DNA from: Eledone cirrhosa
Taxonomy: Eukaryota
Assembly (NCBI GenBank): GCA_964016885.1
Contig: OZ024748.1
Span: forward strand, 17,298,001 to 17,362,000
DNA length: 64,000 nucleotides
Direction: 5' to 3'
Position numbers and translations under genes: made by a program. The notes beneath the pieces are model-generated. The model saw only the letters and a list, made by a program, of their open reading frames with translations. It made no database searches and was not told where the DNA came from. This document shows, piece after piece, positions 12,197-26,770 of the stretch; the stretch's first letter is position 1; each line of letters starts with the position of its first letter.

Positions 12197-12649
12197 TTAA
12201 CTTATTTGATACCAAACCACCAGAAACTACCCCCACCTCTGCCCCCAGGTTCTATTATGGATGCATGTACCTGTAATTCCTGATGAAGTTGTAAAGGAGA
12301 GTGGCTGATATTGACAATATATTAGTGACGTTTCTTTGAGAAATGTTAAACCTGGTAGATCCCGTCCTCTCTCCAAATCTGAATAAACATAGCCAATTTC
12401 TTTCAGAATAGGGGAGAGAGAGGGGGGGGAAGTGAGAAAGAGTTATAGGAAGAATTGAATCCACTACTTGGCTGGTGTTTTATTTATTGACATAGAAAGA
12501 ATAAAAGTCAAAGTTGAACTTAACAGGATTTGATCTCGCAGTGCAGAGAGTTGCCTGTTAACTTTATTTTAAGTTATTTTAATTTTAAATTTTAAAATGG
12601 TAAACATGCATTATAGGCTGTTAATGTTTTTTAGTTATTTTAATTTTAA

Positions 12650-12900
12650 AATAATTGTTTCTACTTTTGGCACAAGGCCAGCAATTACCCAGTACATTAC
12701 TGGTACTTTATTTTATCGACCCCGTAAGGATGAAAGGCAAAGTTAACCTCGACGGGATTTGAACTCAGACCGTAAAGGGGCTGAGTTCAAATCCCGTCGA
12801 GGTTTAACTTTGCCTTTCATCCTTACGGGGTCGATAAAATAAAGTACCAGTAATGTACTGGGTAATTGCTGGCCTTGTGCTAAAAGTAGAAACAATTATT
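12650..12900. repeat. Near-perfect palindrome of two SINE 3' halves (arms about 120 bp, spacer 12 bp)
   Basis: 12650-12768 is the reverse complement of 12781-12900 with about 2 differences. Confidence 0.95.
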
Positions 12901-13172
12901 TCTACTTTTGGCACAAGGCCAGCAATTACCCAGTTCATTACTAGTACTTTACTTTATCGACCCCGTAAGGATGAAAGGCAAAGTTAACCTCGGCGGGATT
13001 TGAACTGAGAATGGCAAGGGCTGTAACTCTATGCATCAAAGCACGGCGTCCGACCCTCTACCGATACTGCCAATAAAATAATGAGTGCTTTGCAGGCTGT
13101 CAAATTTTCTCTAAGTTATTTTAATTTCAAAATAGTAGACATGTATTGTAAGCTGTTGATTTTTCTCTAAGT

Positions 13173-13474
13173 CAGTGTTTCCCAACCTTTTTCATTTCTG
13201 CACCCCTAAAAAGTTTTTAATTTTTTAGTATGTTCTCACACCCCTTAAAAAAGTAATAATTTATTTTAGGATAAAGAAGACGAATTAATACAAAATTTAA
13301 GCAACAAATTTAAATAATCAAATTTTTTAGTATATAAAGAAAAATGAAACATATGGATGAGAAAAAATATTATGACAAATTAAAATATGAATAAATTCTA
13401 AAAAAGAATTAATACTGAAATGTTATCTTGCACCCCTTGGAATGCTGTTTTGCACACCTGGTTGAGAAACCCTG
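13173..13474. mobile_element. Non-autonomous hAT (Charlie-like) DNA transposon
   Basis: TIRs CAGTGTTTCCCAACC / GGTTGAGAAACCCTG; exact 8-bp TSD CTCTAAGT at 13165-13172 and 13475-13482. Confidence 0.92.
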
Positions 13475-13748
13475 CTCTAAGTTATTTTAATTTTAAAATA
13501 TTAAACATATTTTGTAGGCTGTTAACTTATTTTATTTCTATAATAGTAAACGTATTGCAGGCTGTTCATTTTCCTCTAAGTTATTTTAATTTTAAAATAT
13601 TAATTAAACATGTTTTGTAGGCAGTTAACTTTTCTCTCAGTTGTTTTAATTCTAAAACATCTCTAACTATACTATTACAAAATAAGGGTTTCTAATTTAG
13701 GGACAAAGATAAGGCCAGCAACTTTGGGAGGATCAGATAGTTAATTAA

Positions 13749-13966
13749 CCCTTTAACATTTACATTACTCTCTATATACTATTGTATTTTTGTGGTAAAG
13801 GCTTTATCTCACATAATTGTCTCACATAATATCTAATCTACAAGATTTTGATATTATTTATTTTGAGAACAATATCTTAATGTCAGTGCCCAGTTATGGC
13901 TGGTTTGTACAAAAAGAGGTGAGAGAATAATTCTGGCCAGATATGGCCAGTTTAAATGCTAAAGGG
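13749..13966 (+). mobile_element. piggyBac-type MITE inserted in an older SINE
   Basis: TTAA-CCCTTTAACATTTA ... TAAATGCTAAAGGG-TTAA; SINE-like sequence on both sides (13686-13744 and 13985-14085). Confidence 0.88.
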
Positions 13967-14482
13967 TTAAATCAATACTCTCATCAACCCCATACATGAC
14001 TGGTATTTTATTTTATCAATCCTCAACTCTAGAAGGATGAAAGGCAAAGTTGACCTCAGCAGGATTCAAACTCAGAATGTATAGAACCAAAATACTATCA
14101 CAAGATAAAATACTAAAAATGTGAACATAATGGTACAGACATAGTTTAAATGGCTATTATGACCTTTACTAGAATGCAACTGTCTTTGGAAATTCTTTAC
14201 CAGAAGAAAACAAAATTGGCAAGGAACAAAATTTCTCCCTTTTTGATTGAGTCTCCCTTTATTTTTAACATTATTTTTTATTTTATTTTAAAAGAAGATA
14301 TATATATGTGTATCTATACACATAAATATGTCTATGTCTATACACACATGATTATACATATATATATATACACACGCACAACCATACACACATATACATG
14401 TGTACATATATATATATATATTTATACACACACATTTATATGCATGTATGTATATATATATATACACTCACACATTTATATG

Positions 14483-14527
<45 letters not shown>

Positions 14528-16429
14528 TCACACATTTATATGTATGTATGTATATGTTTCTATATATTCCTAGTATATTTTTTTGTTTTAAATCTTTGGT
14601 AAATGTTGATTCAAGTTCACAAAACAAGTCCAATTCCATCCAATTAATTAGAGCAAATAATGGTGGAATGCCTCAGCCTACCAACAACTAACAGTTCTTT
14701 CTTCCTAACACCACCAGAGACATCACGAAGTCCTATTTGTCCACCCACCTGCCGCTCAATCCAAAACCACCCAACCATTCTTCATACCATTTTCAAATAA
14801 ATGAGAAAAATAAAAGACATTAACAAAAAAAAAAAAAAAATCCACACACAAATAAATGATGGAATAGAATGCTTTGGCCTACCGATAACTATCCACACTT
14901 CCTTACTAACACCACAAGAGACTTCACAAAGCCCTATATACCCACCTGCCCACCTACCCACCCCCAACCACCAAGTATTTCCTCATACCACTTTCAGAAA
15001 AATGAGAAAAGACGTTACAAAAACAATCCAAAAAACAATGCAACAACAACTAAAAAAAAAAACAACTTTATTTTTAATTATTGTTAGCGAAATCTCAGAA
15101 TAAAGATGTGACCGGTTCCTAAGATAGAATTTCAGGAAGAATTGTGACTTCTCCGGAGAATAAAAGCGTAAACATGGAGAGAAATGTTAGAAAGTTCTTC
15201 TCCTTTTACTACTAAATATATAATTGACCTTGTCTTGAAATAATCATACAATTCCAACTGTGATATTATTTCTTCATTGGTTTGAGTTTGAGAAGAATCA
15301 GACAGAGGGGGGGGGGGAGAAGACCATCATAATAATCATATGTGGGAATGATATCATGTTGGGGATAGTAATAATAATATCTTCATCATCATCATCACCA
15401 TCATTACTATCATCATCATCATCACCAGTATCACGTGTGAGAATATCATGATGATGATAATAATAATAATAAATTCATCATCATCATCGCCAGTATCAAA
15501 ATCATCATCACCATCATTATGATCATTATCATCAACATCAGTATCATGTTTGAGAATATCATGTTGAGGAGGATAATAATAATAATAATAATGGTTTCTA
15601 CTATTGGCACAAAGCCAGCAATTAACCAGTCTATTACTGGTACTTTATTTTATCGACCCCGTAAGGATGAAAGGCAAAGTTAACCTCGGCGGGATTTGAA
15701 CTCAGATAATAATAATAATAATTATTATCTTCATTACCATCATCATCATCATCAGGATTATCATCATTACCATCATCATCACCATCATCATGATTATCAT
15801 CACCATCATCACCACCACCCTCGCCGCCATTGACAGCAGCCACAACAACACCACCAATAACAACACCACCAATAACAACAACACCACCAACAACACCACC
15901 GACAATAGCAACAAGATCAGCAACAGTAGAAGTAACAGCAGTAGTATCAGTAGTAGGTAGTGGTGGTGGTAGTGGTGTTAGTAGTAGTAGTAGTAGTATC
16001 AGTAGTAGTAGTAGTAATATCAGTAGTAGTAGTAGTAGTAGTAGTAGTAGCTGTGATGGACAAATCCTCCCATGCTGGCATGGTCTGGTCATAACACGTA
16101 TTTTTGTAATGTGAGCTCACTAAATCTAAATCTAGCCTATATTATATAAAATGTCTAATTTAGTCTGTTTATAAGTTCAGCCATTTTCTCTGGGAAATAA
16201 TTACATAAAGTATGGCATTTAGAGGAAAATAATATCTAGAGATGTTAAAGTCTTGAATAATAAAGACAAAAGTTTCACCAACCATGTGGTTTTCAGTTCA
16301 ATCCAGCTGTGAATCACTTTGGGCAAGTGTCTTCTATAGCCTCAAGTTCAATAAAGGCCTTGTGAGTGAAATTTGTTACATAGATACTGTATAGAAGTCA
16401 ATTGTATATGTGTATGTAGGTGTATACTA

Positions 16430-17100
16430 TGGAAAGTACCTAATTCACCTTGTTTATTGGTCACATTAGTGCCACAACAAAAAGCACCCAGTCCACCCTG
16501 TGAGTTAGTCATACTGGTGCCATGATAAAAAAACACCCAGTACACCCTGTCAGTTAGTCGTACTAGTCTCATGATTAAAAGCGCCCAGTACACCCTGTGA
16601 GTTAGTCGTATTGGTGCCACAACAAAAAGCACCCAATACACCCTGTCAGTTAGTCGTAGTGGTGCCACAACAAAAAGCACCCAGTCCACCCTGTGAGTTA
16701 GTCATATTGGTGCCATGATAAAAAGCACCCAGTCCACCCTGTGAGTTAGTCGAACTGGTGCCGTGATAAAAAGTGCCCAGTACATGCTGTAAGCTGATCA
16801 ATCTAGTGCCACAACAACAAGCACCCAGTCCTCTCTGTAAGCTGGTGATACCAGTGCCATGGCGAAAAGCACCCAGTACACTCTGTAAGCTTGTTGTACT
16901 AGTGTCACAAGGAAAAGCACCCGGTCCACCCCGTGGGGTGATTGGTATTAGGAAGGGCATCCAACCATAGAAAACCAAGCCGAAAGTGGAGCATATAAGT
17001 AGGAAGTGGTTACCTGACCTATCTGGCCGCATAATGTGACAACATGTCTAACCCATGCAAGCAAGGAAAATTAAAGGAAATTTAAACAGTGATGATGATA
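16430..17100 (+). mobile_element. RTE-type 3' UTR with an expanded 48-bp tandem array (about 10 units)
   Basis: Unit AAAAAGCACCCAGTACACCCTGTGAGTTAGTCGTACTGGTGCCAC.AC, then TTGGTATTAGGAAGGGCATCCA...ACCCATGCAAGCAAGGAAAA...GATGATGAT as in the intact RTE 3' UTR. Confidence 0.8.
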
Positions 17101-17189
17101 TATACACAAACTCAATTGCACAAACAAATCATACACAGACACACACTCACAAACAGACAGTGCAGAACGCCATCGTATAAATATATATA

Positions 17190-17510
17190 TTGGCCTTGCA
17201 ATCGAAAGGTTGTGAGTTCAATTCTCAGACCGGGTGATGTGTTGTTTCCTTGAGCAAGACACTTTATTTCACATTGCTCCAGTTTACTCAGCTGTAGAAA
17301 TGAGATGATAGGGACCGGGGTCCCTATCATTCCACTGCAAAGTGGTCATGGAGGTGCCACGGCAAAAAAGCACCCGGCACTCACTGTAAATGAGGTTGGT
17401 GTTAGGAATGGCATCCAGCTGTAGAAATCAAGCCAGAATCAGTTCCCGTCCCACCCTTGCAAGCAGGGTAAAGCGGACGTAAAATGAAATGAATGAATGA
17501 ATGATGATAT
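17190..17510 (+). mobile_element. 5'-truncated copy of composite SINE (tRNA-like head, CORE-like box, RTE tail)
   Basis: Nearly identical to 30530-30876. Confidence 0.85.
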
Positions 17511-18034
17511 CATCAACATCATCATCATCATAGTTTAACGTCCATTTTCTATACTTGCCTAGATCAGACAGATTGTCAGGTCGAGAGAGAAAGCTAGCCA
17601 TGCCGTAACATTCTCTGCTGGCACAGTAAATTTAGCCGGGGTTTTTACAGCAGGAGGCTGTAATACCAACTACAGTTACATATATATGAAATAGTTTAAA
17701 CAATTTGATGACACAAGAAGAAATCAGTACAGAGGAAAAGAATGGTTTCTTATATAGGCACAGGCCAGCAATTTTGGGAAGGGGAAATCGATCCCAGTGT
17801 GTGACTGGTACTTTATTTTATCGATCCTGTAAGAACGAAAGGCAAAATTAACCTCGACCGGATTTGAACTCAGATCGTAACTCTATGCTGCAAAGCATGG
17901 CGTCCGACCCTTTATCAATACTGCCAATCCACCGCCCTAGTACAGAGGAAAATAATGGAACATCTTACTGTATTGATAGAATGTCTGTGAATCAATTAAA
18001 TAATTTAATGTAATTTAATTCTGGTTATATATTC

Positions 18035-18065
<31 letters not shown>

Positions 18066-18345
18066 AAATATATATATAAGTGTGTGAGAGAGAGAGACAG
18101 AGAGGGTATGACTGTGTCTAAGTCTTGTGACTTAGCACTTCAATAGAAAGGAATGAAGAAAATACATACAGACTAGACAGAAGAAATAAGTACTGGGTTT
18201 GATATGAATTACTGAATCTCATTAATATGGTACTCTAGTATGGCTTCTTGTTTAATGTACAAAAATACAACAATACATTTTAATATTACTGATAATAAAG
18301 ACAAGTGAAAGAGTGTGTGTGTATGTATATATATATATATGTTTG

Positions 18346-18376
<31 letters not shown>

Positions 18377-18616
18377 TTGTATGTGTATATACATATATAT
18401 TTGTTAATAGTATTAATTATACTATTTATGGTTATGTAAATACAAAAAACCTTTTGCAGTTATATATATTTTTATACAAACCCTAAATAGTGGTAGGCAG
18501 TAATATATTACTACCTTATTACCACTAAGTTAAGTAGCTCAATGTAAAAACATCAGATGATTTACAGAGCAGTTATATGAATTATAAGAATCAAAGAACT
18601 GTTCAAAACATTTTTA

Positions 18617-18663
18617 TGCTTACAACTGTTTCCTCCAAACCGAGGTTTGGATTCTTCGGAGCA
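18617..18663 (-). ncRNA. Hammerhead-like motif with CCGAAGA core (family B)
   Basis: Minus: TGCT-CCGAAGA-ATCCAAAC ctcg GTTTGGAG-GAAA-CAGTTG-TA-AGCA; homolog at 42872-42920. Confidence 0.68.
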
Positions 18664-19476
18664 ATTTATTAATGAATGAACACTTATATGACCTCCTTTT
18701 CACCCAAGAGACAATGTGTATATATATGTTTGTGTGTCTATATATATATATATATGCATATATATATATATATAGAAATATATAGAATTGACTACTGCCT
18801 TGAATACTGTAGTTTACCCTCCGTTCTAATGTACGGCACTATCGTTCAATATGTGGATAGTGTAACTGTGACATTAGAACCCCTCTCAGAACTTCTTACT
18901 TAAACATCTCTCTCCATATTATTTACTCACTTCAATCTATATTTTTTTACTCACCTCAATCCGGATTCTCACTTTAATTTCTAATTGTTAATTTTTCAAT
19001 TGTTTAATTTATAATTTCTGATATTTGATATAGGATTTTAATTTTTATTTCCAACTCTCACTCATAACTTCCAATGTAAAACCATGATACCTAGAATTAA
19101 GTTTATTTTCTCTTAGGAGTTGATGGTCAGTCGTACTGTCCATGCTTGGTGAGAGGTAGTATTGTGACAAAACTAACACTCTCCCATCCCCTCTGGCTTT
19201 CGGCTGACTGCCACAGTCGGGATGGGTAGCAGTAAACTATGGTACAGGCCTAAGTGGGTCATTGTTTGGCTGAGAGGGTGAACTGACTAAGCGAATTTCG
19301 TTGAAATCTGCGGTAGCTAATGGTCAACTTACTTTGGGCATGCGCCTGTGCAGACCGGTGGGGGTGAATTGGTAATCACAGGGGAACGGATGAGGAAACC
19401 AAAAGCACACACTTCGTCCGTTCCCATGCCGATTCAATTTGGATTGCCTCGGAAACATAACCCTATTATGTAACAA

Positions 19477-19550
19477 GCAGTCTGATGATGTCACGACACT
19501 CGCACACAGAACAGTGTGGCCAGTGTCGCCATTGAAATATATATCACAGC
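19477..19550 (+). ncRNA. Type-I hammerhead ribozyme motif with long stem II
   Basis: GCAGT-CTGATGA-tgtca CGACACT cg CACAC agaaca GTGTG gcc AGTGTCG ccatt-GAAA-TATATA-TC-ACAGC; palindromic stem III, AUC cleavage triplet. Confidence 0.75.
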
Positions 19551-19712
19551 ATTATTATTAAAGGACTTGAACATCAGAATCTACTTCGCTTTTCCTTATT
19601 CGATATTTACTCCATCACTCCTATGTGGAAAAAGTACGTTGAGTGCTTGAATTGAATTGCATCAATGTTTACCCTAAGTATATATATATATATGCATATA
19701 TATATATATATA

Positions 19713-19756
<44 letters not shown>

Positions 19757-19961
19757 TATGTATATATATATGCATACATATACATCCATCCATATATATA
19801 TATATATATATATATGCATATATATATATGCATATATATATATGCATATATATATATATATATATGCATATGTATATATGTATGCATACATATACATCCA
19901 TCCATATACATCCAAATATACATATATCATCATCATCGTTTTTACGTCCGCGTTTCCATGC

Positions 19962-19998
<37 letters not shown>

Positions 19999-20406
19999 TG
20001 TGTGAGTGTATATGTATACATATTTGTGTGTGCATGTCTATAGATATATATATATATATATATATACATGTGTGTGTGTGCATGTATATATATATATATA
20101 TATAAATTATTTATTTCTATACAGGCTGAGATATAAGTCAGACAGAGCAATGCCTGAGAGATATAATAAATAATACTGAAGAATGTTATGTCCATTAATG
20201 GAAGTTGGTTTGGTTGTAATTTAAATATATTACAAAACAGCCACCATATTGAATATTCACAGCATATGCAGCTTGATTTCCATTGGGGGTCACCTTCAGA
20301 GATAAAATAAACAATAAACTGTAAACAATAACAATTACTACAACAATAACAACAACAACAAACATAGTTTATCAAAATTAGGTCTGTTTGTGCATGAAGA
20401 ACATAA

Positions 20407-21808
<1,402 letters not shown>

Positions 21809-23380
21809 TATCATCATCATCATCACCGTTTTACGTCCGTTCTTCCTTGCTAGCATGGGTTTGACGGGTTGTCCTGTTGTGGGCAGTGTCTGGTCGGCTG
21901 ACCATGCCTTGCTCATACAAGAACTGATTTTGGCTTGATTTCTACAGCAGGATACCCTTCTTAACACCAACCTCATTTACAGTGAGTGCTGGGTGCTTTT
22001 TTTCCGTGGGGCCTACACGTCCACTTTACAGGGCGGGCTGGGTGCTTTTTTGCCGTGGCACCTCCACGACCACTTTGCAGTGGGAGAGTATGGGGGGATA
22101 TTGTCTATAGGCTTCAGCTTGTACCCATGGGAGGTCGGATACTCTGTATTAATGCATGACGCCAGAAGTCACGGTCGTGTGTCATCGCCTTTGAGAGGTG
22201 TAATTGGGTAAGGTCGGCTTTTATCACCTCATCCCAGGTCTTCTTGAGTCTCCCCACTCTGCGGTTTCCATTGACTTCTAGTGCTCTGCACCTTTTTATG
22301 CAGCTGTCATCCTTCATACGCATCACATGTTCATACCAACGCAACCGCCTCTCCTGCACGCAGCATTTGATTCCTCTTATGCTCAGTCTCTCTCTCAATT
22401 CATTTATGCTTTGCCGTTCGCATATATTACTGTTACACATCCATCGGAGCATGCAGGCTTCGTTTCTTTCTAATCTACGCAAGTTTTCCACAGACAGCGC
22501 CCAGGTGTCACTACCATGTAACATTGCTGTTCAGATACACGCATCATACAGTCTGCCTTTCATTTTGAGGGAGAAGCCTTTTGCAGCTAGCAGTGGCAGT
22601 AGTTCTCTGAACTTCTTCCATCCCGTTCTTACCCTAGTTATTGTACTTTCTGAACACCCATCTCCGCTGCTAATTCGGTCACCTAGGTAGCAGAAGCTGC
22701 TACTGTTTCTACAGAGCCCCCCCAGAGATTGGTGGTACTTGTTTCCTGTGGCTGTTTGCTGCTTGCTGTCCCAGCACAGCTGCTACATGTGAAGCCTACA
22801 TTCTTAATTAAGCTTCCTGAGATCCCGCTACATCTCTTGTGTAGCCATTGTTTGCATTTGGGGAAGAGAATGGAGTTCCTACCTACACCTTTCCTACATA
22901 CTGAGCAAGGCCATTTCCCTGAGGGGATCTGGGTTCTGTTTTCTCGTCTACTTACAAGGACCTTAGTCTTTGTCATGCTGACTTTGAGACCCTTTCTTTC
23001 TAGTCCCTGCTTCCAAGTTTGGAATTTCTTCTCTAGTTCTACCATAGATTCAGCTATAAGTGCAAGGTCATCTGCATACAGGAGTTCCCATGGGCATATG
23101 GTCTTAAACTCCTCCGTTATTGCCTGCAGGACTATGATGAAGAGGAGAGGGCTAAGAACAGAGTCCTGGTGGACACCAACCTGTACGCTAAATTCCTCGC
23201 AATTCTCATTGCTAATCCTAAATTTGCTGACTGCTCCCCTATACATGGCTTGTACAGCTTTCACAAGCCATTCATCTACTCCTAGTTTTCTAAGAGCCCA
23301 CCAGATTATACCACGTGGAACTCTGTCAAAGGCTTTCTTGAGATCGACGAATGCCAGGTAGAGTGGCTTACTTTTAGCTA
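21809..23380 (-). pseudogene. 5'-truncated, inactivated copy of the RTE LINE at 53620-57020
   Basis: RT motifs ([22 protein letters not shown]), PHD remnant, C-terminus, 3' UTR and (GAT)n tail; 1-bp deletion near 22699 and CGA-to-TGA near 22531 relative to the intact copy. Confidence 0.95.
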
Positions 23381-23442
23381 TATGTATATATATATGTATA
23401 TATATGTATATATATATATGTGTGTGTATATATATATATTTA

Positions 23443-23500
<58 letters not shown>

Positions 23501-23746
23501 GTTAATGGCTGAGATAAAGGGGTACTCAATATTGAAGTAGAGTTTTAATAGTCATGTTTACCATAGTTCTTGTATGACCCTGTGAGAACAGACGAAACTC
23601 TAGAGTAACAAGACTCACTTTTTAGACTGCCCTCCTTGCTACTGGCATTTCACAAACTAATCTCTACTCTCTCTTTTGATTGTACACATACATATATAAA
23701 TTAATATATAGAGAGAGAGAAAGAGAGAAGGATAGATACATACATC

Positions 23747-23802
<56 letters not shown>

Positions 23803-23890
23803 GTAGGAGGTGAGTTTTATTGTAGAACAATGTTAATTGGACACTTTCTTGTTCACAAGTGTTTTTTTTAGGCATCATATCATGTTACCT

Positions 23891-23961
23891 TATTTTATCT
23901 GATGAGAACGCAACTATCGTCTCAGGATGATATTTGTTTTTGAAATGCGCATAATAAAATA
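23891..23961 (+). ncRNA. Canonical minimal type-I hammerhead ribozyme (family C)
   Basis: TATTTTAT-CTGATGA-[gaacgcaa c TATCGTC tcag GATGATA t ttgttttt]-GAAA-TGCGCA-TA-ATAAAATA; perfect 8-bp stem I, palindromic stem III ATGCGCAT. Confidence 0.85.
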
Positions 23962-24166
23962 TATGGAACTTTTTAACCATCTTTTAATTTCTTCTTATAT
24001 ATATATATTTATATATATTTATATATATATATGCAGAGGTTATATTTAATTTGTTGGGATTCAACAAGCTTAAACATTTTTATAACTGATATAAGGTACT
24101 CAACAGATTAGTGGAGTAAATATTCAATATATTAATAAATGGAAACTATATTTATAATACCATAAT

Positions 24167-24232
24167 TATTTTATTATATATATTTCAAGGGCAACGAAGG
24201 CAAATTATGGTGCGCTTTCATCAGATAAAATA
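24167..24232 (-). ncRNA. Hammerhead ribozyme motif (family C)
   Basis: Minus: TATTTTAT-CTGATGA-AAGCGCACC..GTTGCCCTT-GAAA-TATATA-TA-ATAAAATA. Confidence 0.8.
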
Positions 24233-24481
24233 CAGATTTGTTTTATAAATAAATATTGACATACCTGGAAAAAAACAACCTTAACGGTTGAAGTTCCTTG
24301 TATATATAGATATTTATTAAAATAATAGATTTAAGTTTAAGCAAAGAATGTATATTTGCTCTACGGTTCTTATATATTTGATATATATTTATTTTTATCG
24401 AATCCTCTCTGGATTTTAGTCTTCACATTTATTATTATTATTACTATATATATATATATATATATGCATGTATACATATAT

Positions 24482-24512
<31 letters not shown>

Positions 24513-24513
<1 letters not shown>

Positions 24514-24708
24514 AACAAAGGAATTGTGGTAAGGAACCAAATGGACCATAATGCACCAGAGTACTCAATACTTAGTGTAGTAGAGTGGGAAATAGGAAAA
24601 AGTATGACCCCGACAGCAGCGCTCAAGCCGTTTCGACGGCTATTTCTGGTCCAGAAATAGCCGCCAAAACGGCTTGAGCACTACCGTTGGGGTCATACTT
24701 TTTCCTAT
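24513..24708. mobile_element. (TA)n-flanked fold-back element (family G, Penelope-like pLTR architecture)
   Basis: About 80-nt unique end followed by an about 58-bp-arm palindrome centred at 24650; homologs at 42463-42585 and 61733-61940. Confidence 0.7.
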
Positions 24709-24738
24709 ATATATATATATATATATACATGTATTTAC

Positions 24739-24810
<72 letters not shown>

Positions 24811-24814
24811 TTAC

Positions 24815-24861
<47 letters not shown>

Positions 24862-24865
24862 CATG

Positions 24866-24900
<35 letters not shown>

Positions 24901-25020
24901 GTATATCATCATCATCATCATCATCATCATCAGGTTTAGCATCCGTGTTCCACGCTTGCATGGGTTTGGACGGGGGTTTTCCCACTTGAGGCAAGAGTGG
25001 TTGTCTTGCTCGCATAGGAC

Positions 25021-25051
<31 letters not shown>

Positions 25052-25584
25052 GTATACATATATATATATATATACATATATATACATGTATACATATATA
25101 TATATGTGTGTGTGCGTGTGTGTGATCACCTCAACTGCCACTAGCTTTGTTTGTGATTGTTTGGTTCCTAACTCCACTGCGATAATTGGAAATATCCTCA
25201 TCTCTATGATAGAACTACCATTTTATAAACTCTGTGAGAATCAGCTTGGAATTTATTTTACACTTTATAATTAGATATATTCAAAAGTTAATGAGATCAG
25301 CCCATATCACATGTATACTTGTACACATGCTGTCATGTATATACACACACACGTATGTATGTATATATGTGTGTGTGTGTGTGTTACAGAAACTGAGGTT
25401 GGAGACATAATATGAGTGAAACTGACTTGTTTTAGTTTGTCTAACTTGAATTGCCCCAATCAATAAATATGTTTATATATATATTATATATATATATATA
25501 TTATATATATATATTATATATTATATATATATATATATTATATACAATATTAATAAATGGAAACTATATTTATAAAACCATATT

Positions 25585-25649
25585 TATTTCATTATACATA
25601 TTTCAGGGATACCAAATTAAATTATGGTATGCCTTCATCAGACAAAATA
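25585..25649 (-). ncRNA. Hammerhead ribozyme motif (family C, diverged)
   Basis: Minus: TATTTTGT-CTGATGA-AGG c ATACCA..TGGTAT c CCT-GAAA-TATGTA-TA-ATGAAATA; stem I kept via G-U pairs. Confidence 0.8.
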
Positions 25650-26131
25650 CAATATATAACAGTTTTACAAATAAGCTTTGACGTACCCTTTTAAAATGCG
25701 ACCATTATTTTTGGAGGCCATCTGGATAGTGAATTGTTTATATTATTTTAATAAGTCTTAGTGTTAAGGACAATTAGAAAAAGACGGAGAGAAAGAAAAA
25801 AGAAAAAGAAAAAAAGCGTGGAGAAATATCGGAGAGAGAGAAATGCGTGGAGAATATATATTATATATATATTCTTCGTTTTCCATATTATATATTTATA
25901 TATACACCAAGGGCGGTGCCCCAGCATGGCCTCAGCCGGATGGCTGGAACAGGTAAAAGGGTAAAAGAGTATATATATATATTAGTTGTCATTTTTATAA
26001 TAAAATAAATATTTAAAATATCCAGATAAATAGGCTAAATTACAGAGAAACAAGACTTAATATAAATGAAAAAAAAAATATATATATATCAATATATTAA
26101 TAAATGGAAACTATATTTATAAAACCATAAT

Positions 26132-26197
26132 TATTTTATTATATATATTTCAAGGGCAACCAAGGCAAATAATAGTGCGCTTTCATCAGATAAAATA
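26132..26197 (-). ncRNA. Hammerhead ribozyme motif (family C)
   Basis: Near-identical to 24167-24232; lies in an about 250-bp element (26090-26335) rearranged relative to 24030-24300. Confidence 0.8.
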
Positions 26198-26399
26198 CAA
26201 TTGTTTTATAAATAAATATTGACATACCCAGAAAAAAGACAACCTTAACGGTTGAAGTTCTCTTGAGTGCTTTATATCAGTTATAAAATGTTTAAGCTTG
26301 TTGAATCCCAACAAATTAAATATAACCTCTGCATATATATATATATATCTATATAGATAGATAGATTGAACTGTTTCATTCATAAGGAATCATATAGTG

Positions 26400-26770
26400 T
26401 GAACTGGCTATATTCTATTGTGCCAATAGTATTACCACTTTACAGAGTGTACTGGGTGTATTCTATTGTGGCACCAATATTACCACTTTACAGAGTGTAC
26501 TGGGTGTATTCTATTGTAGCACCAGTATTATCACTTTACAGGGTGTAATGGGTGTATTCTATTGTGGCACCAATATTACCACTTTACAGGGTGTACTGGG
26601 TGTATTCTATTGTGGGACCAATATTACCACTTTACAGAGTGTACTGGGTATATTCTATTGTGCCACCAGTATTACTACTTTACAGAGTGTACTGGGTGTA
26701 TTCTATTGTAGCACCAGTATTATCACTTTACAGGGTGTAATGGGTGTATTCTAGTGTGGCACCAATACAA
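26400..26770 (-). repeat. 48-bp minisatellite (about 7.5 units) related to the RTE 3' UTR repeat
   Basis: Unit ACTTTACAGAGTGTACTGGGTGTATTCTATTGTGGCACCAATATTACC; compare CACTTTACAGTGTGGGCTGGGTGCTTTTTTGCCGTGGCACC at 53829-53869. Confidence 0.85.

Noticed and set aside
12279-12300. CTGATGA motifs at 12280, 33744, 44453, 47598 and 63225
   Set aside because: No properly placed stem II-GAAA-stem III-UH with a closing stem I.
26186-26383. Possible GIY-YIG C-terminal remnant (FITDIKHSRELQPLRL) upstream of a family C hammerhead
   Set aside because: Only a vague likeness to the FI....P.LN end of PLE ORFs; too short to call without a profile search.
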